DNA of 64,000 nucleotides from Octopus sinensis (Eukaryota): positions 26,598,001 through 26,662,000 of the forward strand of contig NC_043014.1 of NCBI RefSeq assembly GCF_006345805.1, given 5' to 3'. The notes under the pieces were generated by a model, which had not been told where the DNA came from, made no database searches, and saw nothing but the letters and a program-made list of their open reading frames with translations. The position numbers and the translations under genes are program-made. Of the stretch, positions 50,201 through 63,830 are shown one piece after another (within the stretch, counting starts at the first letter, position 1; the number at the start of each line of letters is the position of its first letter).

Positions 50201-52190
50201 CGTCTATTCCTATCTCTGCCCACGTAGTCTACATGATGTGTTCAAGGTAGCATTCCAATCCCCCACTAAGAGTAAAGGACGAGACATTCCCAAGAATACT
50301 TCTAGACGTTGAAAGAAATCCGCCCGACCTGTTAAAGGCGGTGCGTAGACTGATACGAGTCGAAAAGCGTACCCATTGCTGTCTCCGGATCTACGAATAT
50401 TGTCTTTACTTTGAGATCTAGACTCTTGCGAAAAAGTACAGCGGTGCCACTACCGCCCATCCTTGGCAGACAGGGGAAAATAAATGTTGAACTGTCCGCC
50501 AAACATGGTCTTTATGACCCGCGGATTGTGGAGTCTGGTTTCACTTATGGCTATGATTTCTAACTTGTCATTTAAGAGGTAACCTTGTTTCCAAGGGGAC
50601 CCGAAGCCACGCGCATTTACACAACCAATCTTGATCATAATCCTAGTGAATTAAAATACAAGCAAAAAGAACAGAGGGTTACTTACTGTTCGAAAGTTTT
50701 TGCTTTCTCCTCCTTTGGTTTGTCCTCGAGGAGTTTGGTTTGTCCTTTGGTTTGCCATTTACCAACCGCACTGGGGAAAATGCCTTTTAGTGTGTGGTGC
50801 AGACTTCTGGAGATATGTAGTATTTTGATGTCATCCGGTGGTGTTGTGTATGGGTGATTGTTTGTTTTTATGTCATCTTCAACGTGGTCGCCTGCCCTCT
50901 ACCACTACATAGAGTTTGTAGCCTTCTGGTAGTTCTATAGTGGTGGGTATCTTTTCTCTTGTTGTTTCATCCAATTGAAGGAGGAATTGGATTGATTTTC
51001 CCACCCAGTTTTACTGTTCTAGAATAGCGATTTCAAGAATGTTTGTCTCTGCCATTTCAAAGCAGATGGCAGAGACTAACCATTATATTTCGACTTCAGA
51101 TGGAACATTTTTTATTTGGACTTTCGTCACCCTCTAGCCTAAATAAGTTGTTATCATCACCAAGTCCTCTGAATGTGGAAAATCGTTTTGTTAGATTTTC
51201 GTTGTGGAAACGTACTTGGACTGTGCCAAATTTATGTCCCCAACTAACATACTCCTTTGAATCCTTTCAACTTTTTCCTGTGGTGCACTTTCTGGTCGTC
51301 TTGTCTTCTTGTTGATGACTTTGTATATTATTGTTTTTTTTTGTGTGTTTTCCACGATGTGTTGTGGAATGTGAAGATGCGATTTATCTCCTTCTTTGGT
51401 GAAAAGTGCCTTTGTGAGGTTTATTTCCTGTGCGGTGAATTTTACGATTGTCCTTTTTTGTTTTATGGCTTCCGCGAAGTTTGTTTTATTTTTGGTGGTG
51501 TTAGTGGCAGGGGAGTTAGTTGTAGCAGCTGAAGTTGTGGTAGTGGTGTTGGAGTTGGCGGTGTTGTCTTCGGTGGGCGGCTTTGTGCTGATTTCGTTGT
51601 TGTTGTTGTTGGTAGTGATGGTGGTGGTACTGGCATTCATGTTTGCGTCTGTATTCCTTTTTGTAATCCCTTTCTCCGTTCTTCTTTCAACGACAGGTGG
51701 TGTAGGTGGTGGAGGGAAATCTAAGTTAATGTCTTTGGTGGCGGCGATGGTGAATGGTCTTGCGATGTTAGTTTTGCTGTTGTTGTTGTTGAAGGTGGTG
51801 GTGGTGGTGGTGACAGCGGTGTTCAAGCTGCGAGGTTTAGCAGCAAATGGCAGCAATTGTGTTTCGCTATCGTTCCGCATGACTGGCGGGCTAGCCACGT
51901 GGTTTCCAGTTGCCATTTTCAAAATGAAAAATGGCTAAAAAGAACCCACGAAAGTTTTGAAACTTTTGGTAATTTCGCCCATACAGGGGCGGAATTCTAC
52001 GTGAATAATTCTCAGGTCTTTTAGTGAATGCTCTTGCACAACGATTAAAAACAAAATATTTGACAAGGAGTTTTAAACATGTAAAAGTGGCCAACTTACG
52101 TGGAGCCCATTTGATTAGCGTCCGTCCATGCTGAGATAGATAACTTAGATTGGTTTCGGCCATTATCGGCCCAGGCCATGACTAACTCAA
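47240..52190 (-). mobile_element. Near full-length Tx1-like LINE, frameshifted
   Basis: T/N-rich ORF1 51191-51922; ORF2 from 50638 (GCVNARG..SETRL); RT with SAYADDVTV; C-terminal CLRCGQSDETVLHA. Confidence 0.9.
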
Positions 52191-52199
52191 TAGCACCAC

Positions 52200-54860
52200 C
52201 TGGAAAAGTATTTTAGTTAATTATTTCGGGACACCATGGACCACTTGAGCAGAAAGTTGTTGTTGGTTGAGACGTATCCATGTGTATGTGGTTTATCCGG
52301 TATTTCCCGAAGGAATATGTCCAGGTACAGTTTGAAAGTTGTTGGGTCTTTTTCTACTTTAATTTCTTTTGGAATTACATTGAAAAGTGCAGGACCATTT
52401 GCTGTGAAGAAATTTTGTCGCAATGTTCTTATGTGATGAGATCGCGACCTTTGTAGGGGACGCATTGCACGGGGGCCTAATCTTGGGTGAATTGTAAACA
52501 TAATGCCAATATCATTTGGATAATATTGATGGAATATATTTCCACATGGTGCAAATAATGTATCGCTCGCGGCGGCGTTGCAGAGAATAGAGCTTCAGCT
52601 GTTCAAGTCGAGCCCAATAATCAAGTCCCATCATGCCATTTATTTTTCTTTGTGATTGATCTTTGTGGCGCTTCGATCCTACTAATGTCTTGTTTTTTGT
52701 AGGGGAACCACAATGGGCAGCAGTATTCGAGGTGAGACCTAGCGAATATGGAGAAGAGAAGGATAATGGTTTCATGATCTCTAGATTGGAAAGTTCTGAG
52801 GATCCATGAGCACATTCTGCGGGCAACATCGACTTTTTGTTGATGTGCACACTCCAACTAAAGTTGCTGTCGACAATTACACCTAAGTCTCTGATATTAT
52901 CTGACGCTTCAAGTAGGTCTCCCGACGGCAGTGTATATGGTTATTTGAGTGTGCCCTCTCTTCCAAAGTGGATGAGCTCAAATATTTCTTCGTTCAACTG
53001 CATATTGTTTTGTTTTGTTTTTTTTTGTGTGTGCCCACTGGGTTACTGCGCATAGGTCCGATTGAAGCATTGTTCGATCATATGCTCCCTTAAGGACTTT
53101 CTGGAGCTTAGATTCTTCTGCAAATATTTTTATGGTGCTATGTTCAATGGAATCTGCAATGTCATTGATATAGTGGTGGAGGAACTGTGTTAGACAGTCC
53201 CTCCCACCACGAAAGCCATACTGGTTGCAATTTAGGAGATGATTTTGTTCAAGGAAGGCTGTTATTCTTGATCTCAACACCTTCTCAAATACTTTGATGA
53301 TATGTGATGTAAGTGAGACTGGGCGGTAGCTTACAGGGAGCGATTTATTCCCCTTTTTAAAGATAGGAAAGACTAACTGGGAGAGAAGGTGTGCAAGTTG
53401 CAAGAGGAGCTGCAAGTTGCTGTCTGCATCCTTCTAGCACTCTAGCAGGGAATCTGTCGGACCTACTGCTGAATCAGGTTTGATTTCTTTATTGCTACTA
53501 GGATATCAGTGACATCGAAGGAAAGGACATGTCGAGGATTCACAGTAGCAAAGCTGCTTGTGTCAACTGAATCAGAGTCACTGAAGACAGAGGCAGTATT
53601 TACTTTGCAGGATCTCAGCCACATATTTGGCATCACTGTGAAGGACGCCGTTTCCGTCAACCAGTGGGCCGATAGAAGAAACTGTATTCCTATATGTTTT
53701 TGCAAAGGAGTAAAAGACCTTAAGATTATTCTTGATGTTTTTAATAGCCCAGGCTTCCTCTGCAGCTCTTTAATCGTTTATAAGGGTTTTCATACAGTCC
53801 TGCAGTTGTTGCTTCCTTGATTCCAAAGTTGCTAATGTTCTCGATTGGGGGTGATGCTGATGGTGGTATTTTAGGGTATTGATTTTTCGGTTTATTCTTT
53901 TTATTCTACTGGTGAGAGATTTTCTCTGTTTTGGAACCCTGCATCTACTTTTGTTTATGAGTTGTGAGGGTGTGTGTTTTGAACATATGTGGGTGACTGT
54001 GTCCTCAAATAGTTGCCATGCGTTTGTGTTTGTTGTGGTATTGGAGGAAGCAAGGGTGAAGGACCAGTCCACTTGCGATAAGTTTAAATGATCGCATTCC
54101 AGTTTGACTTGTGTAACATTATGTTATCAAATGGGTGCACTGGAGTTATTGATTTATGCCAAATTTTTGGATGTTGAAGATTGAGGATACAGAGTACTAT
54201 GTCATGATCGGAGAGAAGGGTTCTTTCCACTGTGATTTTATGAATAGTGTTGGCATGGTTGCTTAGCACTAGGTCCAAGACACTTTGGTTATTTCTGGTT
54301 GGTTCATGGACAAGTTGTGACAGGAAAAATTATCCATAAATTAAAAAATTAACTCCCACTGCTGCTTTGTCTGAGCTTGAGGTGAAGGTTCTTGGTTTAA
54401 CAATATTAGTGGACCAGTCTACAGAGGCTAGGTTGAAGTAACCCATCATCAGAATATTTTCTGGGTTACATTACAGGCACTCTTGGAAATAGTTTAAGGG
54501 TGCTTGTGCGAGTCTGTAGAGCCCAATCATAGACAGGTCTTTACCTTTTTTGTGTACAGAGACTAATTTGCAGTAGCCGTTGTAGAAAATGTCCTTGGTA
54601 TCTGCAAGGAGGAAAACAGCAACTCCATCCTTTCTTCGGCCTGCCCGATCAGCGCGAATGGCAGTGAAGTCTCTGATTTTCATTATAGCCTCTAAATGAC
54701 AGTCGTTTAGGTGGATCTCAATTAGGACAAAGAAAGGAATTGGATGTGAGTGTGCTGCAATCTATCCCTTAATGTAGGGTATTATCCACTTTTGAGCTTT
54801 GATGGCTGGGTTGAAACCTTGGGCATTAAGGAGGAAACCCACTTTACGCGAAGTGGAAAA
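52200..54860 (-). mobile_element. CR1-group LINE ORF2 (APE-RT), degenerate, with an RT deletion
   Basis: RADRAGRRKDGVA, LDLVLSN, LSDHDIV; PIFKKGNK..YRPVSLTS, QYGFR, FAEE (YADD position), HLEYCCPLW, LYSLQRRRERY, GPALFN. Confidence 0.85.
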
Positions 54861-54949
54861 AACATTTACACGGAGAGAATAAACTAATTCACGTGCAAAA
54901 TTAAATAACTCGACAAAAAGAAACAAAATTTTTGTTGGGTAAACTTACG

Positions 54950-55880
54950 AAAATCGTAAAATATGGAAGACTTGTTAGCTGGGGTAGTTGAGTTGCAAAA
55001 ACAGCAACAACAACAACTCGAGAACAACAACAAGGAGTGCAGCAGCAAATGTTACAACACGTAGAGTTGATAACCAAACCGGAGAATACATTTTCATCTA
55101 AACACGTAGCAAATTCTATAAGCGAATTCAAATATGACCCCGAAGAAGGAGTAACCTTGAGGCTTACTTTCGAAGATTTGAACAAATTTTTGGAAAAGAT
55201 TGTCAAGATTGGACGGACGAAATGAACACGCGTTTAGTTTTAAGAAAAGTAACGACAGCAGAGCATGATACTAGATGGAAATGTTTAAACATAGAAAAGA
55301 GCGACGATGAAGACTTCACTACTTACACGGGCAGAGTCAACAAAGAGTGTGAAATATTTAGGCTGGATATTATTACTCCAGATCTTTTCAAGTCTTGGAA
55401 TTTTGCACAAAGATTGTCAGATAAATGGGATGCAGAAATCCGAACGAAAATTCTAGTAAAACAGGAAATGAACCAGGATTTGACATTACAGAAACTGTCG
55501 GAAGATATTTCTGATATTAAAATTAAGAAGAAATTCAACGGAAAGTGTGTTTTCACATAAGACCAGTGCAAGGAGTTGGAAGACAAATAAAGTGTAGCAG
55601 GAAAAACAGAGAAAATATTGGAATGTAGACCCATGTATGGCATGTGGTGAGATGCAGCTGATAAAAGATTGCCCGTATAAAAAAGCAAAGTGTTTTCGCT
55701 GTAGGTTTACAGGGCATATAAAATCGCACTGCAAAACCAGAATGATAGGAAAATGGAATAAACAACAAAAAAGGAATAGTTTGTCAGCAGGAAAAACTGT
55801 GACTACAACAAATAGAAAATTCGTGAATGTGAGAATTGAAACCACTAGTGTCAGGATGCAATTAGACACAGATATCTGGG
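54950..55880 (+). pseudogene. Ty3/Gypsy gag-protease fragment
   Basis: ISEFKYDPEEG, RLVLRK..EH, EDFTTY..VNKECE; knuckles incl. CFRC..TGHIKSHC; protease-like MQLDT. Confidence 0.75.
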
Positions 55881-57440
55881 AGCATTTCTATGAGAGGTCG
55901 TAATACCTGTGAGATGAAGTAGGACATTCTATAATTGCTGGAGATATTCGCTCCGCAAACTGGTGGGGTTGGGGAGGGGCGCATGACAGGGTTTATGTAG
56001 GGTTTATGGTCTTTGCGTAATCTGTATAGTGGTAGGAACATCATTGATGGACGCTTGGAAATTCTGTACAGTCCGTTTCTTTGGTTGGAGTATGTTGCAC
56101 CACATTCCCATGTGTGTATTGAGGAGTTTTTCCACTCTTACGTGTTCATATGGTGCAACTTCTCCCATGCTACGGATGTGTTGTTGCATGGTCTGGACAT
56201 AGTTCTGTGGACTGTCTATTGACAGTCTGCTAGACTTGTCCGTCGGGAGGCACACCAATTTCCTGTTCGTAATTCGCTGTTTCAGTTTTTGTAAGCTTTT
56301 TGGCAACAAATGAACTGAGTTGGTGGTCCCCTCCACATTGTTTTTAGTGGATTTGTTGTACTGGTTTAAGATGTGTCGAAGTTTGTTTCTAGCTAAGGAG
56401 ATTTTTGCTTCTGTTTCACTGTCAGTTTGGGATGGGATACATACCTTTCTGTTGAAGGGTAAATCTGTGGGGTAGATCCTCGTCATGTCATAAGATTTGT
56501 TAAGGTTACGGAAGACAGTGTAGAGTATTATTATCATTGTGGTTGTTATTATTGGTGGTGGCAGTGCTTGTACTGTGCCCATTTTTGTTGTTGTTGCTAT
56601 TGTTGTGGGTGGTGTTGTTGTTGGTGTTGACGTGGGTGGTGTTGTTGGATATGGTGTGGATGACATGGTTGGTATTATCGTCTGCGTGGAGGATGTTGTT
56701 GTCATTGTTGCTGTTGCTATTATCATCGTTATTATTGTTGTTTCGGTTTCGTATGTTTGTGTTGTTGTTGTTATAGGTGTTTGAGTGGGGAATGTTGTGG
56801 TTATCATTATTATTGTTATTGCCACTAATGCTGTTGTCATCAACATCGCTATTGTTATTGTTGTTGTTTCGGTTTCGTATGTTCGTGTTGTTGTTGTATT
56901 GTCTTAACCTCCATCTTAATTTTAAGAACATTGTTTTTCAATTTCAGATAGACAATCCATTTTTTGACCTTTTTATACGTAGCGAATTTCGGTGCTAACT
57001 CTAAAGCATGCATTTCATCTGTATCTAGCTGTACTGCACCGTATATTCCAAAAGTGTAATTGTTGTTGTTGTTGTTGGCGGTGGAAGTATTGTTTTCCGG
57101 TTTCCTGGCGCCGAAGTCGCCTGGTAGTTTACATTCCGACATACACAATCCCGTCCATATTGTTTGAGTATTTGTATTGATTCTTACCATGCTGGGATCG
57201 TTGTTGCTGCTGTTTCATCCACTTGAGTTTGTTGTTGAAGTGTTTGTTACAGACATGGATTACTCGGTGGTATTCTTGTTGGATGTTTGTCACCGGTAAA
57301 GTTGCCAATCATTTACTTATTTGTTTTTCTAAAATTTTCGTTGCGTCTTGCAACCTTTTCAATAGTTGTCGACTCTGTCCGTTATCCGAGCTGCGTTCTT
57401 TTTGTTTGTTAGTGCGCATGTGTGTGGGTCAGTGTGTGTG
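55880..57440 (-). pseudogene. PLE N-terminal domain and start of RT
   Basis: LELAPKFA, LKLRWR, CLPTDKS, YRLRKDHKP..MRP..CGAN; partial inverted copy at about 57850-58015. Confidence 0.7.
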
Positions 57441-58919
57441 CACATACACATGTATTTATGTATGCATGAATGTAAGTGTGTGTACCTCTGTCTCCTTGTG
57501 TGCGCATATCTGAGTGTGTCTGTGTATGTGGGTGGGGGGCTTGTAACTATGTTCTGTGTCTATGTATGGATGTGTATCTCTGTATGTGTGGATGCATGTC
57601 GCCATATGTGTCCTTGTGTGAAGTGAAGTGTGTGTGTGTGTGTATTGTCATGCACACACAAGGAGACAGAGGTATACATATACACACATGCAAACACACA
57701 CACACAAATACACAAGCACATGAATATGCAGAATGCCTACATACTAATGTACACTCATACATACATAAATACACACGTACACACACATACATACAGGCAT
57801 ACATGCACACATACATGCATGCATGCATACATACACACACACACACATACATATATATGTGCACACACACTGACCCACGCACATGCGCACAAACAAACAA
57901 AAAGAACGCAGCTCGGATAATGGACAGAGTCAATAACTATTGAAAAGGTTGCGAGACGCAACGAAAATTTTAGAAAAATAAATAAGTAAATGAATGGAAA
58001 CTTTACCGGTGAGTGTGTTAAATTACAATGCACTAAAAGAGAATGACTATTCCCTGACGAAATATATGTGTGTGTGTGTGTGTATGTGTGTGTGTGTGTG
58101 TGTGTATGTGTGTGTGTGTGTAATCATACAAAAAATATATACATAATTATATACAAGGTAAGAATTCAGATTCATTTTCTTCTAGTGCATTTCTAATCTA
58201 TAAAATTACGTAGCAAAAGAAAGTATATATAGTGAATGAAAACAAACGGTGCTCTTCCATTTATTTTGCACTGAGTCACACAAATTTTTTCCTTTTCAGC
58301 ATCACCTTCGTAAATGCAGAAGACCGTGATTGGTCTACTAGATACTTATACATAATTAATGTAACATTCAATATAAATTTAATAAATGAATGTATTTATA
58401 AATCTTTCACAAACAGTGTAAAATCATATATTTATACTTTATATTCTGCGACGATACACTCTTGAAGGTTCTATATATGTGCACACACCCGCGCGTGTGT
58501 GGTTGTACAATTTATGATACAAAATAAATATATAGATAAAAGGATTTCTCGTAAATATCTTAAAAGTTTGCATTTGCACTCAATATTTTTCAGAGTCTGG
58601 CTGATGGTGGACAATATTTACCGGAAGCAATAATACATGTGTAGTAATAAATTAAAGTAACATTTGAGAGTATAGTTGAAATCAATCGAAAATAAAAGTA
58701 TCTGTTCCTTGGACAACGGTGACGACGGTGATAAAGGTGACATTGCCACTTCAAAATATATAAACAAGGAAAGGCAACGAAACAACTAGTAGTTAATATG
58801 CTGAATCATTTCAGTGTGATACAAGGGAATGCCTAAAGGAAACCGAAGACTACTGACACTTTGGTCTCTACTGACACCCAATGTATATACGAGCGCGTCT
58901 GGGTTTATATACATTATAT

Positions 58920-59110
58920 AAATATCGATTTCAAATTTTGGTACAAGGTCAGCAATTTCGGGGAGGAGTAAGTCGATTACATAGACCCTAGTGATCTACT
59001 GGTACTTATTTTGTCGACCCCTAAACGATAAAATGTAAAGTCGACTACGGCGTAATTAGAACTCAGAACGTAAAGAGGTCGAAATGTCGCTAATCATTTT
59101 TCCTGGCATG
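58920..59110 (-). mobile_element. Degenerate tRNA-derived SINE
   Basis: caaattttggtacaagg..ctggtacttattttgtcgaccc..actcagaacgtaaag. Confidence 0.7.
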
Positions 59111-59309
59111 CCAGCTGGCTGCCTTGCATTATATAAACATTACATTACACACACGTATGTGTGTGTATACATGTGTATAAATATATTTATATGTATGTAA
59201 ATATATATATGTATTGAGCCATCAACTATGCATTTCGCCCCATATCCTGCTACACACACACACATGTATGTATGTGTGTGTATGTATATATATATATATA
59301 TACATACAT

Positions 59310-59392
<83 letters not shown>

Positions 59393-59451
59393 GCTATGTA
59401 TATATATATATATATATATACATATATATACATAGCTATATATATATATAT

Positions 59452-60125
59452 AACATAAGGGGGATCAGCCATCTGAATGTGGCTAGGGTCAGGGCGGGGT
59501 GGTGGGGGTGTTACTGATGCATTTAGCCCCAGGCGAACATCAACGTCACCAGAAGAGCTGACACCATCTCGGTGTCCTTGCCAGCCTGCAAAGGGAGATC
59601 AGCCTCCCCGAAGATACGGATACTACACACGGACCGGTTTCGAGGTTATTGCCTCTTGTCAACCTATGGTAAGCACCGCTCTTCGTTGAGGGACTCTCTC
59701 TACAGGTTGGATATATAGATTTTCACAGTAACCACAGTCACTGGCGTAGAAAATCCGTTCGAAAACAATAATAAATCTCTGAGCGAGATATAAACAGTAA
59801 CTGCTCTACAACATAAGGGGGATCAGCCATCTGAATGTGGCTAGGGTCAGGGCGGGGTGGTTACCATACGTTGACAAGAGGCAATAACCTCGAAACCGGT
59901 CCGTGTGTAGTATCCGTATCTTCGGGGAGGCTGATCTCCCTTTGCAGGCTGGCAAGGACACCGAGATGGTGTCAGCTCTTCTGGTGACGTTGATGTTCGC
60001 CTGGGGCTAAATGCATCAGTAACACCCCCACCACCCCGCCCTGACCCTAGCCACATTCAGATGGCTGATCCCCCTTATGTTGTAGAGCAGTTACTGTTTA
60101 TATCTCGCTCCGAGATTTATTATTG
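59452..60125. mobile_element. Non-coding rearranged inverted element with two U3-A8 HHRs
   Basis: Block order A-B-C-A-revB-revA-revC'; flanked by (TA)n. Confidence 0.7.
59865..59907 (+). ncRNA. Minimal hammerhead with U3-A8 core; twin at 59626-59668 (-)
   Basis: CAUACG-UUGACAA-GAGG(caauaa)CCUC-GAAAC-CG-GUC-CGUGUG; palindromic ACCGGU helix III. Confidence 0.7.
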
Positions 60126-60152
60126 TATATATATATATATATATATATATAG

Positions 60153-60187
<35 letters not shown>

Positions 60188-60231
60188 AGAACAAGATGTA
60201 CGTTACGCCACAATAATATATGTATAAAAAA

Positions 60232-60460
60232 TATATATAAAAATACAAAATGGGACAAGAAAGCAAAACACTCAAAGAGACGACACAAAAATCGGACGGG
60301 TCATTCGAAGCCGCTAATCTTCAGTCAAGAGCCGAAATTGCGAGGATGATCCGGTTCTTGACTGAAGATAAGAGGCTTCGAATGACCCGTCCGTTTTTTG
60401 TGTCGTTTCTTTGAGTGTTTTGCGTTCTTGTCCCATTTTGTATTTTTATATATATCATTT
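60232..60460. repeat. Inverted pair (arms of about 100 bp) of the reversed-order HHR family, partial motifs
   Basis: agcc-gaaa-ttgc..tcttga-ctgaaga-taaga-ggct-tcgaatgac (+); mirror arm tcttga-ctgaaga-ttagc-ggct. Confidence 0.75.
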
Positions 60461-60461
60461 T

Positions 60462-60525
<64 letters not shown>

Positions 60526-60526
60526 T

Positions 60527-60567
<41 letters not shown>

Positions 60568-60649
60568 ATACACACACATACATACATGTGTGTGTGTGTG
60601 TAGCAGGATATGGGGCGAAATGCATAGTTGATGGCTCAATGTACGTTGT

Positions 60650-61150
60650 CGTGTATAGGGGATGAGGATAGGCGTGTTGGACATCAAAGGAAAACAATGA
60701 TGAAAGTATCAGGATGTAGTTTAGATAATTTATTTGATCAACAGTCGCATCTACGTCTTGGATACACAAAGCTTGGTTCGAAATGTCAATAAAGGCCGCT
60801 ACATAAAGTAAACTACTTCGAGTGGACAAAAGGAAAAAGAACAGGAGAAATAGAATGTTGATTTGATGAGATAGTACATCTTTTGTGTATTTTTGCAAGT
60901 AGAAAATGAAGACACTGTCATTAGAAAGCTATCTACTTAACTTCAGATGTCAGACTTCCTACATTAGCCTTTGCCTATAACGCTACAGTTTTAAGTGTTA
61001 ACAGCATGGCAGGTCAAAGACCTGCGAAAGTTGGTCTAAAATCATTAAATCAAAACCCAAATCACAATCATATGTACCGTTTCAGAAGCGCAGCCTCCTG
61101 TAGTAACAGATTTTTGTCGTTTTGGATATGGCTTAGCAAACAAAGACGCT
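60650..61150 (-). pseudogene. Degraded PLE-type RT fragment
   Basis: LAKIHK.. followed by LCIQDVDATVDQINYLN..LFSFDVQHAYP, resembling PLE RT motifs. Confidence 0.45.
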
Positions 61151-62399
61151 GATTAACATCAGTAGGGGCACGCAAACTCTATTTTATTTAGAATTTTTCA
61201 ATCAGAATTATAATTTTCAAAGTTTGCGCTGAAATCATTCTTTTCTTTCGTCACAATGCCTGGATAATGATAGAAACACTAGTTGAAGAGCTACATTCTT
61301 GACATCGCTCTCTATTATAATTTACAGTTGGAGTTCGTTTTCCAGAAAAGAATAAATAATGAACGGCAAGTAGCAAGAGTACAGATTGTCTCAGATCATG
61401 GCCTTTTACGATTATGCTAAATCTGAGTAGACAAAATATACCACTAACCACTCTCTTTTGAATCGAACAATAAGGATACAGGGCTTTATTATTTTGGAGA
61501 AGATTTACAAAAAATATTTCCTAGATTAATGGTGACTGAAACAGATATAATGTTAGAACAAATAAAACTATTGATCTTGTCATAGATAAGGATCAATGAC
61601 GAAAGCTGAATGGTCAATGTTGAGTATACAATAAATCTTTTTGTTGTTGTGGCTTGAATATGACCTGAGCGATGTTTAGATTTCATTTCTAGAATTGTCA
61701 AGCATCTGTGTAAATATTCCGTCATTGGAACCATTGAGAGATGAGCTACGTGCCAGGTACATAGCTCATCTCAGTGCCGACGATATAATGCCTACCACTG
61801 CCTTCGTATTCTATATACACTGATACTGACTCTCTGACATAAATAACTCACTAATTAAATTTGTATCTTTTGAGGATTCTAATTGAATTTGTATGTTTTC
61901 ATGCGGGGGAAGTAAAATACAAATCAACAAGTAGATTTTTCATTTCTAATTACCGTGAAGAATACAATAATCTCAGGTTTCATGTCTTCATAGGAAAGTG
62001 TTCACATTTATTTTTCTGGCCATTCTTATCAACGGCGTTTTCAATCTTTGACTTTAGACGTGTCCACTCACGCCTTCTTTAATCTATTATATTCACATCT
62101 ATGCCCCTCTCTCTCTCCCTCTCTCTCTTTCTAATATCCTTTATATACATAGAGATATGTATATACATGCACATATCTACATATATATTTCTATGAGTGT
62201 GTGTCATTATCATGGCGATATCATAACAAAAACATGTGTGTATACATACATACATACATACATACATACATACATACATACATACATACATACATACATA
62301 CATACATACATACAATAAAGATAGCGCTGTCAACATCAAGCTTGCAAGCGTAGAGAACCGTCTGAAATTTCTCTTTAACGTTTTCCCCATTTATGCCGA

Positions 62400-63830
62400 C
62401 TCCTCCTGTCTAAATTTGTAACTGGTTTATTCCTCTCATTATAAGAGAAACACTTCTTACTTATCATCGTATCATTATTCAGACCGGAGTTTGAAAATAT
62501 ACCTTATATCACGTGGAATTTGGTTAATACGATAATGGCTGAAATGAACAACACCATCACCAACGAGAGCAGCACTACTACACCAGTAAACTATTCCCTT
62601 CATTTTACTTGGACTCTGCATCTAAACCAAGATCTACTCCAATACTACGAAAAAGGCCGTGAAAATTCTTCTAACGGACAGATAAAGCGGTTTAAAAAAG
62701 TACAGGGATGCAGATCGTCCCCAACTTAAGCACGTTCACAGTGAATCAGCGTCGGCAATGAGCATCTTTCTTTTTAAAAACAATTGCTTGGTCTTGTGAT
62801 GTAAACCGATCTCCTCAAAACACAGAACTGACCAAAACTGGCCAGAAGAGAAATCGAAAATAGTGTAAACAAACTCTTGCCGCCATCATTAAATTCTCGA
62901 ATCTACCCCAATATAGCTGAGTCAACTGAGAAAACAGTGGAATGTATTCAACTTAGAAACATCCTAAAACTACAGGTGGTAGAGCACTTTTCTACCTTTT
63001 CGAAATTATCGTTAAACGACAGGCCATTCTTAACAAGATTATGAAAAAATCCAACAACAATAATATTGAAAGTTGTCGACGATGTCATTGAACAGCACAT
63101 GGAATCGAGATGTTAATTACTGGAATATTAATACTCTCATATAAACAGCTGCTATCACTCTTATTAAAGAATATCTAGTAGAAATCTACAGTATACATGG
63201 TAATCAAGGTACTGAACGGAAGCAACATGAAAACAAAACTTACAAAAATCATCAACAATCTGCGTTGCTATATTGGATGGGTAACCACGATAATAAAATG
63301 TAAGAGGAATAATGAGTTTACACTTCATCATGAGGGAAGGTTAATTACTCTAAAACACGAACTCAAGGTGCTGAGTGAAAAATCTTCGCTACCGCAGGCG
63401 AATTTTTTAACACTCCTGTATAAACCGCAAATTTACTTCGAACCCGTAGACATTATACAGAGAGATGAGGAAGGAAAATAGTACGGTTAAGAAAGCCCCC
63501 TCCCAAGAAGATCTTGAATTATTTTGGATGGAAATCTGGAATGCAAAGAGCTATTTCAACCATAAGGCATTGTGGCTAAATGTAGTGAGCGAATACTGTA
63601 CCAACATCACAGTAAAATATATGCAATAGACCCGGAATCTTTCGCCATAGCTGTAGGCAAACTACATATTGGGAATGCATCCGGAAGGGACTTAATGGTT
63701 GGATACTGATGCATGAGACCGACATTTTACAGGAGACTACTTATATGTATATTCAAAAGGACTATGGAAGGTCAGATTTACACACCAAATTGGCTTGCTA
63801 TAGCACAGACGAATCTTGTAGCCAAGTAAG
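62400..63830 (+). mobile_element. R4/Dong-like element, 5' portion, degenerate
   Basis: FTWTLHLNQDLLQYY; PSQEDLELFWMEIW..FNHKALWL; AVGKL..ASGRD..GY..PNWL..TNLVAK, matching the R4 N-terminal and pre-RT pattern. Confidence 0.6.

Noticed and set aside
61737-61771. 11-bp hairpin gagatgagcta/tagctcatctc
   Set aside because: Isolated, with no recognisable motif; plausible by chance.
62370-62430. HDV-like ribozyme in the R4 5' region (gac-tcctcct-gtc resembles P3/L3)
   Set aside because: I could not find P1 with G-U, P1.1 or a P2 partner.
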